From the NCBI RefSeq assembly GCF_009914755.1, contig NC_060944.1: a stretch of 64,000 bases of DNA; one strand, given 5' to 3'. The notes under the pieces were generated by a model. That model was not told the DNA's origin, did not search any database, and worked only from the letters and a program-made list of their open reading frames with translations. A program made the position numbers and the translations under genes. The stretch is from the human T2T-CHM13v2.0 reference genome, Homo sapiens. Below, piece by piece: positions 29,207-44,199 of the stretch. How positions within the stretch are numbered: the first letter of the stretch is position 1; each line of letters starts with the position of its first letter.

Positions 29207-30402
29207 AAAATTATAACTTACGTAGGGAAATGTTAACACTGACTAGATATTTGATGATATTAAGGAATTATTGCTAATATTGTAGGTATGATAATAGTAT
29301 TATGACTTAAAAAAACCTTTTAGAGATACATATTGAAATATTTACAAATCAAATGATATGTTACCTGGGATTTACTTTAAAATAATCCAGGTATGGGGAA
29401 ACCAGCTAAGGGGTAACATCTTGGCCAGCTCAGACGAACAGAGACAAAATAAATATCAGTTGTGAACAAACCCAAAAAGCATTTGCAGTAAACACCATTT
29501 GGGAACTACAGCAGATTCCCAGGGCCAAGTTTAACATTTCCAAGCCTGAAAAATGCTTCCACTCCAACCCACCAGGAGTTGGGCAATTCCATTGTGGACC
29601 CAAAAGTAAGAACTGCTTCAGGGACACCCCATGTTCATGTGGCTACAAAACAAATACTTCATAAAATTAAACCTTTCCTACAGCATTCAATTACCAAAGC
29701 ATGTCCTGCTCAACAAGAGAACAAACCACCTGGGTTTATTTATATCACAGAACACCAAACCCAGATTCCTCCCATTCCCACAGTGGGTCCTTTTTTCTCA
29801 ATCAATCACTAACCTAATGCGTCTAGAGCTTTCATCTTAAAACCACTATTATCAACAAATACCTCTCAGGAACACAAAATTATCCAGCTACATAGAAATA
29901 TTAGAAGTGATCGTGGTAATGCTCACATTGACTTGTCAATTCTTGCCTAGAAAACAAAGTAATGTGGCTCATACAATGCCCACCACTCCTGCTGGAAGCC
30001 AGAGACTCCATAACTCCCCATCTCAGAACCTTACACCTTTGGAGCAGCTAAATTTAAAGGGCCCTCCACATGATCATGTATTCTAACCTGCAGGTAACCA
30101 GGGCAGTGCGTTCCTAGTTCTAAATTAACATCCATTCTATAAAAGCACTAAGTGAGATACTGACTGAAAGGCTGTTATGCAATATGACTGTCTTTTTATT
30201 AGCTACTTCTAAAATGAAAACTGAAGATGCAGGTAGGTTTTGAAGGTTTCACCACCTCCCTGAAATCCTATGTACTGGGATGACTGGCTGGGAAGGGGGA
30301 TCAGGAGCAGGAGGCAGTTTCACTATTCTGAGGGTCTACCACATTCCTCAGTTTCTCAAAGAGTTCCATCACCCCAAAAGATAGGAATCCCTGCTCTGAC
30401 TC

Positions 30403-30564
30403 TTAATACTCAAAATATGCTCCAGAGACCAGCAACATCAGTGGCTCCAGGGAAGCTTGACAGAAATGAAGGTTCTCAGGCCCCACCTAAAACCTACAGA
30501 ATAGGAACCTGCATTTTAACAACTGTAAATGATTCTGATGAACGTTAAAATTTAAAAAGCACTG
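30403..30564. mobile_element. MER5A-like hAT MITE
   Basis: actcaaa.t.tg.tcc...gaccagca.catcag...agaaatg...ttctcaggccccacc...ctgcattttaac...gcactg pattern. Confidence 0.7.
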
Positions 30565-31102
30565 CTCTGATGCTGTACTTAATATGACATAGTAATAGAT
30601 GGGTCTTAGGTTTACCCTTATGAAATAAACTACTTCTTACACTGGAAAACTCACTAACCTTTGTTCTTTGACTTTTAAATTTTATTTTTAAAATCACGTG
30701 ACAGAATATGGATGGATATACCATAAGTCAGCTAATACTGTCTCCATTCTATGCTCTTAAGTTGTAAGTGGCTTCTGACCAAGAGCAATAACTGCTGACA
30801 TAATCTGATGAGAGATGTCATGTGAATGTCATGACACTCAGGTTCCCTCATTCTCACCCTGCCAAACCATGAGTGAGTTTCCAGCCCTTTCTCTTCCCAG
30901 ACTGTGTTTCTCAATGTCAATCTAAGGCTACAGCCAATAATTTAAAATCATATCAAAAGATAATTACAGGTCATCAACATTAAGATCGAGGCCATCTATT
31001 TCAGAAAAGAAATTTCACAAATAATTTCCTAACTTGCTTCCTTCTTTAAGCATACAAACTGAAACAGTTTAAAAAAAAATAAAAAATAAAAAATAAAGAT
31101 GT

Positions 31103-31394
<292 letters not shown>

Positions 31395-31502
31395 TTAATC
31401 TAAAATTACTCTTAGTATTTATAACACAGATACTGGCTAGAATTTCAGCCATAAAGAGCAAATCTCTTCCTAGTTCCTGAAAACACTTATAGAAAAGCCA
31501 AT

Positions 31503-33735
31503 ATATTTTTTACTGTTGAGTTCCTTGTATATTCTGGATATGAGTCCCCTATCAAATGAGTAGCTTACAAAAATGTTCTCCTATTCAACAGGTTGTCTCT
31601 TCACTGTTTCTTTTGCTGTGTAAATGTTTTTCAGTTTAACATAGCCCCTTCTGTCTGTTTTTGGTTTTGTTGTCTGTGCTTCTGAAGTCTCATCCATAAA
31701 GTCTTTGTCCAGAACAATGTCCTGAAGAGCTTTCCCTATGTTCTCTTCTAGTAGTTTTGTAATTTCAGGTCTTACATTAAAGTGTTCAATCCATCTGGAG
31801 TTGACTTTTGTATACAGTGAGAGATGGAGGTCATGTTTCTTTCCTCTGCATATTCTTATCCAGTTTTCCCAGCATCATGAAGAGAGCCCCAATGTACGTT
31901 CTTGGTGGCTTTGTCAAAGATCAGTTGAAAATATGTGGATTTATTTCTGGGTTCTCTGTTCTGCTCCATTGGTCCATGTGTCTATTTTTATATAATACCA
32001 ATACCATGCTGTTTTGGTTACTACAGACTTTTAATGTATTTTGAAGTCAGGTAGTATGATGCCTTCAGCTTTGTTTTTGCTTAGGGTTGCTGTGGCTATT
32101 TAGGCTCTTTTTTGGTTCCATACAAATTTTAGAATTTTTTTTTTATTTCTCTGAAAAACAATGTTGGTATTTTGATAGGGATTGCACTGAAATTGTAGAT
32201 TGCTTTGAGCAGTATGGTCATTTTAACAATATTAATTCTTCTGATCCATGAGCATGAGATGTCTTTCCACCTGTTTGTGTCCTCCTCAATTTCTTTCATC
32301 AGTATTTTGCAGTTTTCCTTGAAGAGATCTTTCACCTTCTTGGTTAAATTTATTCCCAAGTATTTTTCTTTGATAGCTACAGTAAATAGGATTGCCTTCT
32401 TCATTTCTTTCTCAGCTATTTCATTATTGGTATATACAAATGCTATTGACTTTTGTATGTTGATTTATCCTGCAACTTTATTAAATTCATTCATCAGTTC
32501 TAAGAGTTTTTAGGTGAAGTCTTTGGTTTTTCTAAATATAAGATCATGTCATCTGCAAAGAAGGACAATTTGACTTCCTCTTTTCCAATCTGGACGCCTT
32601 GTATTTCTTTCTCTTGCCTCATTGCTCTGACTAGGGCTTACAGTATTATCTTCAATATGAGTGGTAAAAGTGGGTATCCTTGTCTTCTTCCAGTTCTAAG
32701 AGAAAAAAAATTCACCTTTTCCCCATTCGCTACAATGTTAGCAGTGGGTTTGTCATATATAGTCTTTATTATTTCAATAACTAATCCTATTAAAAATGGG
32801 CAAAGGACATGAAGAGACATTTCTCAAAAGCAGACACAGAAATGACCAACAGATATATGAAAAAAATGCTCAGTATCACTAATTATCAGGGAAATGCAAA
32901 TCAAAACCACAAAGAGATATCATTTTACCCCAGTTAGAATGGCTGTTATTAAAAAGACAAGAAATAACAGATGCTGGCAAGCATGCTAAGAAAAGAGAAC
33001 TCTTATACACTGTTGGTGGGAATCTAAATTAGTGCTATGGAAAACAGAATGGAGATTTCTTTAAAAATTAAAAATAGAACCACCATACAATCCAGAAATC
33101 TGACTACTGGGTATTTATCCAAAGGAAAAGAAATCAATATATCAAAGGGAAACCTGCACTCCCATGTTTATTGAAGCACTATTCACAATAGCAAAGATAT
33201 TATCAACGTAAGTGTCCAACAATGAATGAACGGATCAAGAAAATGTAGTATATACACACACTATGGAATACTACTGAGCCATAAAAAACAATGAAGTTAT
33301 GTCATTTGCAGCAACGTGGACAGAACTAGGGGTCATTATGTTTAGTAAAATAAGCCAGGCACAGAAAGGTAAGTATCACAAGCTCTCACTCATATGTGGG
33401 AGATTAAAAAATGGATCATATGGAGATAGAGAGTAGAATGATAGATATCAGAGGCTGGAATGGGTGTACGGGGGTGGGGGGAGTGAAGAGAAGTAGGTTA
33501 ATGGGTACAAACATAAAGTTAGATAGAAATAAGTTCTAATGCTTGTAAGCAAAGCAAGCTGACTACAGTTAACAACAATGTATTGTGGTTTTCAGAATAG
33601 CTAGAAAAGAGGACTTGAAATGTACCCAACACATAGAAATGATACTCCAGTGATGGATATCCCAAATACTTTATTACATATTCTAATACACATACCCCAT
33701 AAATATGTACACAAATATAAAGTTTGTCAAAAAAA
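31503..33735. mobile_element. L1MA-like element with a 5' inversion (minus ~31503-32774, plus ~32776-33735)
   Basis: Minus-strand ORF2 peptides (32129..32404, 32638..32820) followed by the plus-strand ORF2 C-terminus and an L1MA-type 3'UTR. Confidence 0.85.
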
Positions 33736-33939
33736 TGTTTAGGAGAAGTAAAACCAAAACCAGCGTGATATCTATGATGGTTGGAGCTATTAAGTGTTGC
33801 AACTAATTCTTTGTTACATGTCTTCCTTTGCAGATTCCTGGAGAACTGTCAAACTTCCAAATATTTCAAAGATGAAAGAAAGGAGGAAGGCAGACTCCAG
33901 TACTTCCTTCCCATCCACACCCTGTGGACCAACCCTACT

Positions 33940-34640
33940 CAGCCTCCTTCATCCACTGCAGACTCTGGCTTCTGCTCTTGGCCTTCTCTTCACCCCTAGG
34001 GGCTTTAACTGTCATAGGTGACTTCAGAGTCCATGTGACACTCCATCAAACAACCTTACCCCCAACCCCCCTACCCAACATTCAGTTACCTAGTCCCTTC
34101 CAATCTACCACCTGTTGAACTAGACCAGATCTCCCCACTTTGTAGGCCCTGTCCCAGGTCAGGCTACCCCCACCTCTAGTCTCTTTGCCTCCAGCCTCAT
34201 CCTCTCTCACACACACTCCATCGTCTGCTGCCAGAGAGAGCCTTCCATAAAACACATCTCACCACGAGGCTCCCCTGCTTTAAACTCCTTCAGTGACTTC
34301 CCAAAGGCTACAGGATAAAGTCCAACTCTCAGTGCTACTATACAAAGTCCTTCATGATCTGACCCTAGTTGACATTTCTATTCCAGCACTATATCCTGCC
34401 CCATCCTCTTCCCACGGTCAACTCCCAACCATTCCTCTAAATTCAGCTCAGACTTCACATCCTCTGTAGGGCCTTCACCAAGCCCTCTATCCTATCCCCT
34501 AGTTAGATGGCACTCCTGCTTGTCTCATCCACCAGACTCTTAACTTTTTAAGAGCAAGGACTCTGCCTGTCTGGGTTTATAGCCCTCCCCAGCCTCTGGC
34601 ACATTGCCTGCAACTTTGTGGTGCTCCTAAAATGGCTGTT
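33940..34640 (+). mobile_element. L2 remnant
   Basis: C/T-rich degenerate L2 phrases (gctgccagag..ctt..aaaaca...cccctgcttaaa.ccttcagtg.cttccc..caggataaagtcc). Boundaries approximate. Confidence 0.55.
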
Positions 34641-34805
34641 AAATGTGATGAACTTCCTGAAATATTAAACAAATGGCTCTTACCCCAGTGTACTCTTTAC
34701 CACACTCATCCTCTTCCCACGTGGGTCTCCCTATGTGCCCCCTACATTCCTGGTTCTTGCCTTCCCACATACTAAAGTATCTTCCCACTTCCCACCCACA
34801 TGTTC

Positions 34806-35127
34806 TTTTTCTTTTTTTCTTTTTTTCGTTTTTTTTTTTTTTTTTTGAGACAGGGTCTGGCTCCGTCACTGGGCTAAAGTGCAGTGACACAATCTTGGCT
34901 CACTGCAACCTCTGTCTCCTGGGCTCAAGCAATTCTCGTGCCTCAGCTTCCTGAGTAGCTGGGATTACAGATGTGCACCACGATGCCTAGCTAATTTTTG
35001 TATTTTTAGTAGAGACGGGGTTTCTCCATGTTGGCCAGGCTGGTCTCGAACTCCTGGCCTCAAGTAATCCACACACCTTGGCCTCCCAAAGTGTTAGGGT
35101 TACAGGCATGAGCCACCATGCCCAGCC
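34806..35127 (-). mobile_element. Alu (AluJb/Sz-like)
   Basis: Antisense dimer with a long T tract; acccacat repeated on both flanks. Confidence 0.93.
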
Positions 35128-35836
35128 CTACCCACATTTTCAAGTAAGGCTTGTCTTGGGTCCAGTTTGACTCACCTCCTCCTGATAAACCATTAGAAAC
35201 AACACCCCCTCATACACCTACCTAGTTCATCTCACCTGCATAGCTTTATTCCTGCTGATGTCATCTCTCCAATTAGTCCAGAGAACCTCAGAGAAGCCCA
35301 GCTTCCTTCACATCCACACTGAGTCCACCAAGCACAAGGGCACCACCCACAATCAGCACTGAGTGCTTTGTCTTGTAATTCTTCAGCTGAAAACTACAAC
35401 GCCAGGCACTGAGATTACCCAGCCTCTCAGGTCAATTTCCTCTGACATTTAAGAAACACAGCAAATAAATCCTGACATTCTTCTTATATTGTAGAAAATA
35501 AATAATCCTAAGATATTATTTGACATTAATTTGATAATAGGGAAAAATGAACTATGCCTCTCCCTGGCCACTTTGGTGAATTGGATTTCTCAACCGAAAA
35601 GCCAATTATGGGTCCTTCATATAGATAAGTAATTTATTTGAAAGGTCTGGAAACTAGATGATAAGATGCTACAAATGAACCAGCTGGAGTACATATACTT
35701 AGTTATAGATCAATATTGGGGGAGGAGGACGAAAGGAAAGGAAAAGATTTAAAATACTCTACCAGGAAAAGAGATAAATTATGTCAGCATTCAGATACAT
35801 GAGTTAGAAGAACATTTATTTTTAAAAAAATCCTAT

Positions 35837-36888
35837 TGACATAGTTTCTACATTTGTCCCCACACAAATCTCATGATGAATTGTAATCTCCAATGCTGGT
35901 GGTGTGGCCTGGTGGGAGGTGATTGGATCACAGGAGTGGATTTCTCATGAATGGTTCAGCACCATCCTGTTGGTGTTGTCCTTGCCCTGAATGAGTTCTT
36001 GTGAGATCTGGCTGTTTAAAAGTACATGACACCTCCGCTCGCCGCACTCTTGCTCCATTCTCACTATGTGATGTGCCTGCTCCCACTTTACCTTCAGCCA
36101 TGAGTAATAGCTTCCTGAGGCCTCCTGAGAAGCAGATGCCACTATGCTTCCTGTATAGCCATCAGTGCAAATGATGAGCCAATTTAACCTCTTGTCTTAT
36201 AAATTACCCAATCTTAGGTATTTCTTTAGAGTAATCCAAGAATGGCCCAACACGAAAAATTGGTACCAAGCAGTAGGGCATTGCTATAGAGATACCTGAA
36301 AAGATGCACACAGCTTTGCAACTGGGTAACAAGCAGAGGTTGGAAGAGTCTGGAGAGCTCAGAAGACAGAAGATGAGGAAAAGTTCGGAATTTCCTAGAG
36401 ACTGGTTAAATAGTTGTGACCAAAATGCTGATAGTGATACAAACAGTGAGAGCCAGGCTGCTGAGGTCTCAGGTGGAAATCAGGAAGTTACTAGGAACTG
36501 AAGCAAAGGTCATCCTTGTTATGCCTTAGCAAAGAACTTGGCTGCATTGTGTCCATGCCCTAGAGATCTGTGGGAGTTTAAACTTGAGCGTGATGACCTA
36601 GGGATCTGGCAGAGAAAATTTCTAAGCAGTGAGTAACTTCTCGTGAGATCTGGCTGTTCAAAAGTGTATGACACCTCCCCCGACCCTTGCTCTCATTCTT
36701 TCCATGTGATGTGCCTGCTCCGGCTTTGCCTTCCACCATGAGTAAAAGCTTCCTGAGGCCTCCCCAGAAGCAGATGCTGCTATGCTTCCTGTACAGCCTG
36801 CAGAACCATGAGCCAATTAAACCTCTTTTCTTATAAATTACCCAGTCTCAGGTATTTCTTTATTGCAATGGAAGAACAGCCTAACATA
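35837..36888 (+). mobile_element. MST-family MaLR provirus remnant: 5' LTR (35837-36254), short internal segment (to ~36629), partial 3' LTR
   Basis: Two LTR copies share ATGTG.CCTGCTC...GCTTCCTGAGGCCTCC..AGAAGCAGATGC; internal region starts AAAATTGGTACC; 5-bp TSD cctat (35832-35836, 36889-36893). Confidence 0.9.
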
Positions 36889-37896
36889 CCTATGTTAATT
36901 CAAATATCTTGAAGATGTTTTTAAGTTATTCAGCAATTCAAATTGATTCCATTCCCTCAGCTGATGACATCTGGTCAATCCATAATAAACAGCTAGACTG
37001 GGTGATGTTGGGATCTCCAAACTGAGACATTAGCCTGGAAGATTCTAAAGAGTGACTTATTTACCATGAGTTCTGAAATAAACCGGCATCCCAAGTGCAC
37101 CTTAAAAGTTACATACTATGAACCAATATTTAACTGCCTTCATTTTAGTGGCAAGACACTTGATAGCAAAAATGAAAATAAAAACTATACTTTTAAAAAT
37201 AATACATGAGCTCCATGTATACTAATATGGAAAGAAGTCCAAGGAAGCCTGTAAGTGGAAGAGCAAGCAGCAAAACAGTGTGCAGATGACAATCAAGTTT
37301 GCAGCTCAATAAATAGATTAATAAAGCCAAAATAATATGCGCGTCTATGATTCTAGATGCACAAAACATTTCTGAACATTTCTGAAAGGATAAATAGCAA
37401 GCCATTCACAGTGGTGACCTCTGGAGAGTGAGTGGGAGCAGGGCTTCAGGGGATGAGAAAATAAACATTTCACTGTTGGAATTCATTTTAGCAAGATTTG
37501 ATATTCCTTCTACAGTTAAAATAAATTTAGTTAATTAAAAGACAAAAAGTCCCTGCTTTGAAATTCTGGGTGGCTCTTCATGCTCTAGAACAAGTCTACA
37601 TCCTTACGTGGCATGAAAGCAAAAGCTACTGACCCTCTTCTCCTGATGACATGGCCATGAAACAGACAGCTCCTCGTGCCCTTGCACTTTCACACCTTCC
37701 CATGGTACTGAGTATCCTCATGCACTGCCTAGATCTGCCTCTCCCGGTCGCCATCCCTCTGCATTTCCACCAGGCAAAATGATACCCACATTCAAAACTA
37801 GTCCCAGTACCCCTTTCTCACAAAGCATTCTAATACCCTGGCTCCATGAATTAGTTTCTCTGTTCCACCCAAGAGCACTTCTCTTTTCCTCTTGTA

Positions 37897-38015
37897 TTAG
37901 GTTCCAAATAAAATATAGGAAGCCCGATTAAACTGAATTTCCCATAATAGTTAATTTTATATTATGACTGTGTCCCAAATATTGCAATATTTTTGCTTGC
38001 TAAGTCTGACACACT
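37897..38015. mobile_element. MER53-like hAT MITE fragment
   Basis: ataaaata.agga.gccc..ttaaa.tgaatttc...tgtcccaaatattgca matches my recollection of MER53. Confidence 0.5.
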
Positions 38016-39419
38016 GTTTCTTACCCAATGGTTTGCACTCATCAAGGGCTTCCACAGTTAGATGCAGATGTATTCGCCTCCCTACCCCAAGCCCAGAAAG
38101 CAAGCAACCCAAGTCTTCAGTAACACCTGCACCCTCAGTACCCAGCAAAGTGGCAGAAGCTCCATAAGTTTGTGTCACCTCACCTGTCTCAGGGCCTGAA
38201 GACAAACTCAGGGAGGGCTAGTCTCCTCCCCGAAACCATGTCTTCCTGCTGTTCCTTATCCTTTCCTATTAGAAAAAGAAATCTGTGCACAGCCTGTGAC
38301 TCCAACCACTCCTCGCTGTTCTCCATGAAATCATGAAAGCCTCCATCTCAAGTTTTTGAGAAACACCCAGGGAACACAGATAGTAAAAAATTCTGGAATG
38401 GGTTTTTCAGGCAATCACCCTGACTTCATTTTGGCTTCTGAGAACACAGCTCACCACACAGCAGTCAGCTAGAGGTCAGTGGCACCATGACCTACATCCA
38501 AATGCCAACCTCGAGCGGCAGCTTGTGAGAAACTGGCACAGCCTCCACTCCGTCCCCCATGGGCTGCCAGTACGGAAGTACGGATGAGCCAAGGACAACG
38601 ATGCTATCACAGCCTTATGAGTCTCCCATGCTAAGTGAAATCCTCACTTGACCTCTGTCTGCCACAACAGGAGGCCATTAAGCTGAGCCTTTCATTGTCT
38701 TCCCTGGCCTAGGGAAACAGTAATAAACCTAAAAAATTAGGCAAAGCACCAACTCTTACGGTTTACAGGTTGGGATCCCAGAGAAGCAGACATCTGTGGG
38801 AGTATAGCAAGCAGGGTGTTCATTAAGTTATGTCTTTGGGATCAACTCCTGGGAAAAGAAGGAGACTGAGGCAGGCCCAGGCAGAGGGAGAAGTGGAGCT
38901 GCAGCACCGACCCATGGACAGCCTTGGCCAACTCCACAGGCAGTCCTGGGGCTAGCGTGGCCCTTCAGAGTTGCCACAGGTTGGGCACAGATGGCCAGGC
39001 TTTTATACCCCTGCTTTGAGCAATCAGGGACTGTGGGCTGCGGTGGAAAGAGCTGGCAGCTGAAGGCTGGGCCAACCATGCTGCAGCAACAAGCCCTCAA
39101 AGACAGAGGATCTGGGTGGCAAGCACGGTGCCTACTGTACCAACCTCCCCTTTAAAATGATGCTTTATAGGATGCACCACACCCAAGTGGCAGCATTCAC
39201 CACTACACCAACTCCCCAGCAGAGGCAGAGAGGCCTGAGCTGGGGCTACCGAGCTAGACAGAAGGCAGATACTTTATTTTTTTCAGCTGAAAGGAGAATA
39301 GCCTAACAATCAGAAGTGCCTCAGTACAAAATGAGTTACCTTAAGATGTGCAGAACCATTACTGAAGAGGTTTAGTTAGAAGCTAGAGAAATCCTTATCT
39401 GGGATGTTGTATGGGGAGA

Positions 39420-40090
39420 TTTATATATTCATTCATTCATTCCATAAATATTTAGTGAGAATTAATGCTTTCACATACCAGATAATAGCCTCAGTGCAGG
39501 AATAAAATGGTAAACAATACAGTCCCAGCCTGCATTTCACAGAGAGGCTTAGAAGAAAAACAAAATAATACTCTATCATTTTAGATTGTGGTAAATGCTA
39601 TAAAGAAATAAAGGTATGTCATGGAAAAGGACTAACAGGCAGAGGCAAAGGAAGGCAAGCAGCCAGAAAAGACCTCTCTAAGGGGGTGAGATATGAACAA
39701 ACACCTGAACGGGGCCAGGCAAATGGCCCAGATAAAAAAACAGCAGGTGTAAAGGCCCTGAGGCAAGAACCAGCCAGAGACTTTGGGGGAAGGGCAAGAA
39801 GGTCACTGTGACTGCAGAAGAGAGAAACGGAAACAAAGTAGAAGAAGAGGTCAGAAAAGCCTTGAGGTGGAGGCCAAATCATGCCAGTTCTTGCAGGCTT
39901 TGGCTAAATGGCTAAGACTTCGAAACTTAAATGTAATAGGAAGCCACAGCCACCAGGTTTTGTGTACAGGGGAGTGGCAAAGTCGTATTTATATTTTTAA
40001 AAGGCCCCTCTGGTTGGTGTGCATAGACTCTAGAGGGATGGCAGTCTAGCAAGGAGACCACTCAGAAGGCTACACAAAGGATGCTGGGCC
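39420..40090 (-). mobile_element. L2 remnant
   Basis: (ATTC)n L2 tail followed by aaatgcta.taaaga...aaaggccctgaggcaaga.. L2 phrases. Confidence 0.6.
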
Positions 40091-41429
40091 AGGGTACAGG
40101 AATGGAGATGCATCCAGATGACTGGGGTGGATCAGAAAGTTCCCCAGGCCTGCTGACAAACACTACTCTCTGAGGAGCCCAAACCCGGACCTACCAAGTA
40201 AGAATCTCCAGGACACTGTATTTTAACCACCTAGGAGGTTCTGATGGTCAACTGGGTTTGGGACCACTGCGCTAGTTTATCTGTGTTGTCCTCTGAGGAA
40301 CTGGGATTCTATAAGAATGTGAAAGCTTTCACAGTTTTCACATTGTGAGATGCTGTTTCAGGTCCCTGTGAGATGCTGTTTCACTAGAAGGTGGTTTCAT
40401 CCCTTCTTCTGAATGGAGCCCAACCCACCTATCCCCAATTCCAGAACAAAAATCCAGAACAGACTATGCCTTTAGGGTTATCACCACTGACTTCCAACCG
40501 AGGTGCTCCTCTTCTGAGTCCTAGAACACCAAAGTTATTTGAGTGACTATTTTCCCACTTTTCCTAAAGAAAGTATATAACTAGAATTATTCCAGAAGCA
40601 TAGGACAGAAGTCAACTCATTACACATAACAGATGCCTTACTCAAGGTATTAGGACTTAATTCTATCTTGGAACCCTGGTTCTAGTTGAGAAAATCTGGT
40701 GGACAACTGAAAAATTTCATACATTACAAAATTCATGTCCCAAACCATAAAGGACTAAATTTTGCTCAAGACCAAAGATAATAATGACACTTTCATGGGG
40801 AATTTTGGATACTCCGCAGAAAGGAGATTTAGGGTCAAGCAAGATGGTAAGCGGCCTGAGAGTCAAGCTGAGGCTCAAGGAATGCAGCACTTGACAAGAG
40901 ATGGACTTGGAAGAAGGAGACTTAGCCCATGACATCACCTCACATGTAAAGAAATGCAGGTCCAGAAAGGTTAAGTGACTTACTCAAAGCTCCCACTACA
41001 GAGTCAGCATTGTAAAAGGAACTCAGGAACTCAGTAAGCGATCAATACTTCAAAGCCACAAAGAACTGCTGAGAGCAAAGCTGGCACTCCTAATCTGATT
41101 TCAGCTACATCTTCCTGGAGAGGGTATGTAAGCTTGGGATCCCAGGGGAACACAATGAGCCAGCCAGTATATTTAGAGAATCCACACGATTGCTCTCCAA
41201 ACAGGGTGGAAGTCATCAAATGCATCAGGCACTGGACAGGAGAATCGAGACGCGCACTTAGCCTCATTTCCCACCACACGACCCAGAGGCACCCAGGCTC
41301 CCCTGTCCCATTCCAAACTGTTCCTTCTTGCAGGTCTCACAAAGACCCGCCTCTGTGAGTCCTGGGCCTTGCTCATGCTGGTCCTTCTGCCTGGAATGTA
41401 CCTATCTAATCCAAGTGACTTATCCTTCA

Positions 41430-41755
<326 letters not shown>

Positions 41756-42372
41756 CTTCCTCTTCCAGGAAGCCTTCTCAGACCTCTCCTAGCCAGTATC
41801 TTCTGGGTGACATTCCATAACACACCACAGCAGTTACCACATTTGACCTGCTTACTGATGGGCTACTATACATTTGTCTTCCCCACCAGTGTACATGCTT
41901 CCTGAGGCCAAAGATGATGTCCTGCTCTTCATATATTTCACAACACCTAGCACTGTCCTCATATACAGCAAACACTTGATGAATGAATGAATGAATGAAT
42001 GAATGTATAAGCACATGAAAGATCAAATGAAACAGCTAAAACAAGATACTATTCTTAAACTCGAGCACTAAAGTTAAACTCATACTTCAAAGCTTAAACT
42101 TTTAATTTTTAAATGCAGATAGATTTTCCCCAAAAATATCAATTAACTTGGCAAATGTTAACTCCAAAGACAGAAATGAAGCTTGTTTCTCCCTGCAGTC
42201 ACAGCTGCTGACTCTGACTCCAGGAGCAAAGCGTTGGGGGCCTTCCATCTCCTTCTGAGTATCTTCTTTTGAGTCATGGAAAAAAGATACGGCTGTGCAC
42301 GTGGCCAAACTTCTTTGATATGCTTCCTCAAAAGACACAAACAACATACTCATTTTTAAAAATGGAAATTTA

Positions 42373-42884
<512 letters not shown>

Positions 42885-43859
42885 TCAATGCCCAAAGACA
42901 TCCTAGTTTAGTGCTGCAGCACTATGAAACACAAAGAAGTGTGTTTTCTCTGCTCTTCATCCACATCACTATAACCCTCTTCCCAGTTTTATCTCTATTC
43001 TAGAAAAATGTTCTCAGTGGCAGCTTACAAAAAAAAAAAATACAATTTTGGCCTATAAAATGGAGTTGATTCCTTTTGTAACACCACCAGCTAAATGCCA
43101 TATACCAGCTAGGGAAGGGATACTGGTATAATTCAAACTAAATTGCAAGACTTTTTCTTCAAAAAGACTTCAAATCATAGTGGAACAAGATGGAATTTTG
43201 GTTTCTTGTCACTTTTTCACCAAGCATAGTGCCTAACATGTATATTGCCAAGCACAGTGGTTTAATAATTGGGAGAGGGGGCACTAGGTTTGGGGGACCT
43301 GGATTGAAATCCTGAGTCTTAGTAGCTTTGCGACTTTGGGTACATTACATAACTTTGCTAAGCCATGGTGTACTAATTACACAGCAACACTGTGGTTATT
43401 GAGCTGCACTGATGTACAATTTTTTGCTGAAAGATGTGATAGAAGAAAACAGACAATATAAGGCCAGCTATGGAGTCGATACTCAATCTATGTGTTCATC
43501 TTCATCATGAAATCAAGATCCCTCCATTTATTCAGTTAATGTTTACCGTGTCTCTACTATGTGCCAGCTACTATTTGCAGCACCTGGAGATAAACCAGTG
43601 GACAAAACCAACAAAATGATCTCTGGGAGCTTACATTCTGGTGTGGAGATTCACTTTAACATAACCTTTCTGACCCTTTCCCAAAATAGGTGCAAGTGGA
43701 ATCTAGAAAATAAATGTTGCCAAGTCTTCTGCCCAGATATCATGAAAATACAGAAGCACCACACAGCTGACTTTGTAAAAATCTTCAAAAGCTTTGTTCA
43801 TGAAATGCTTTATCTACATCAACTCAATGCAGAGGCACAATTCATAAAGATAAGGCTAA

Positions 43860-44199
<340 letters not shown>

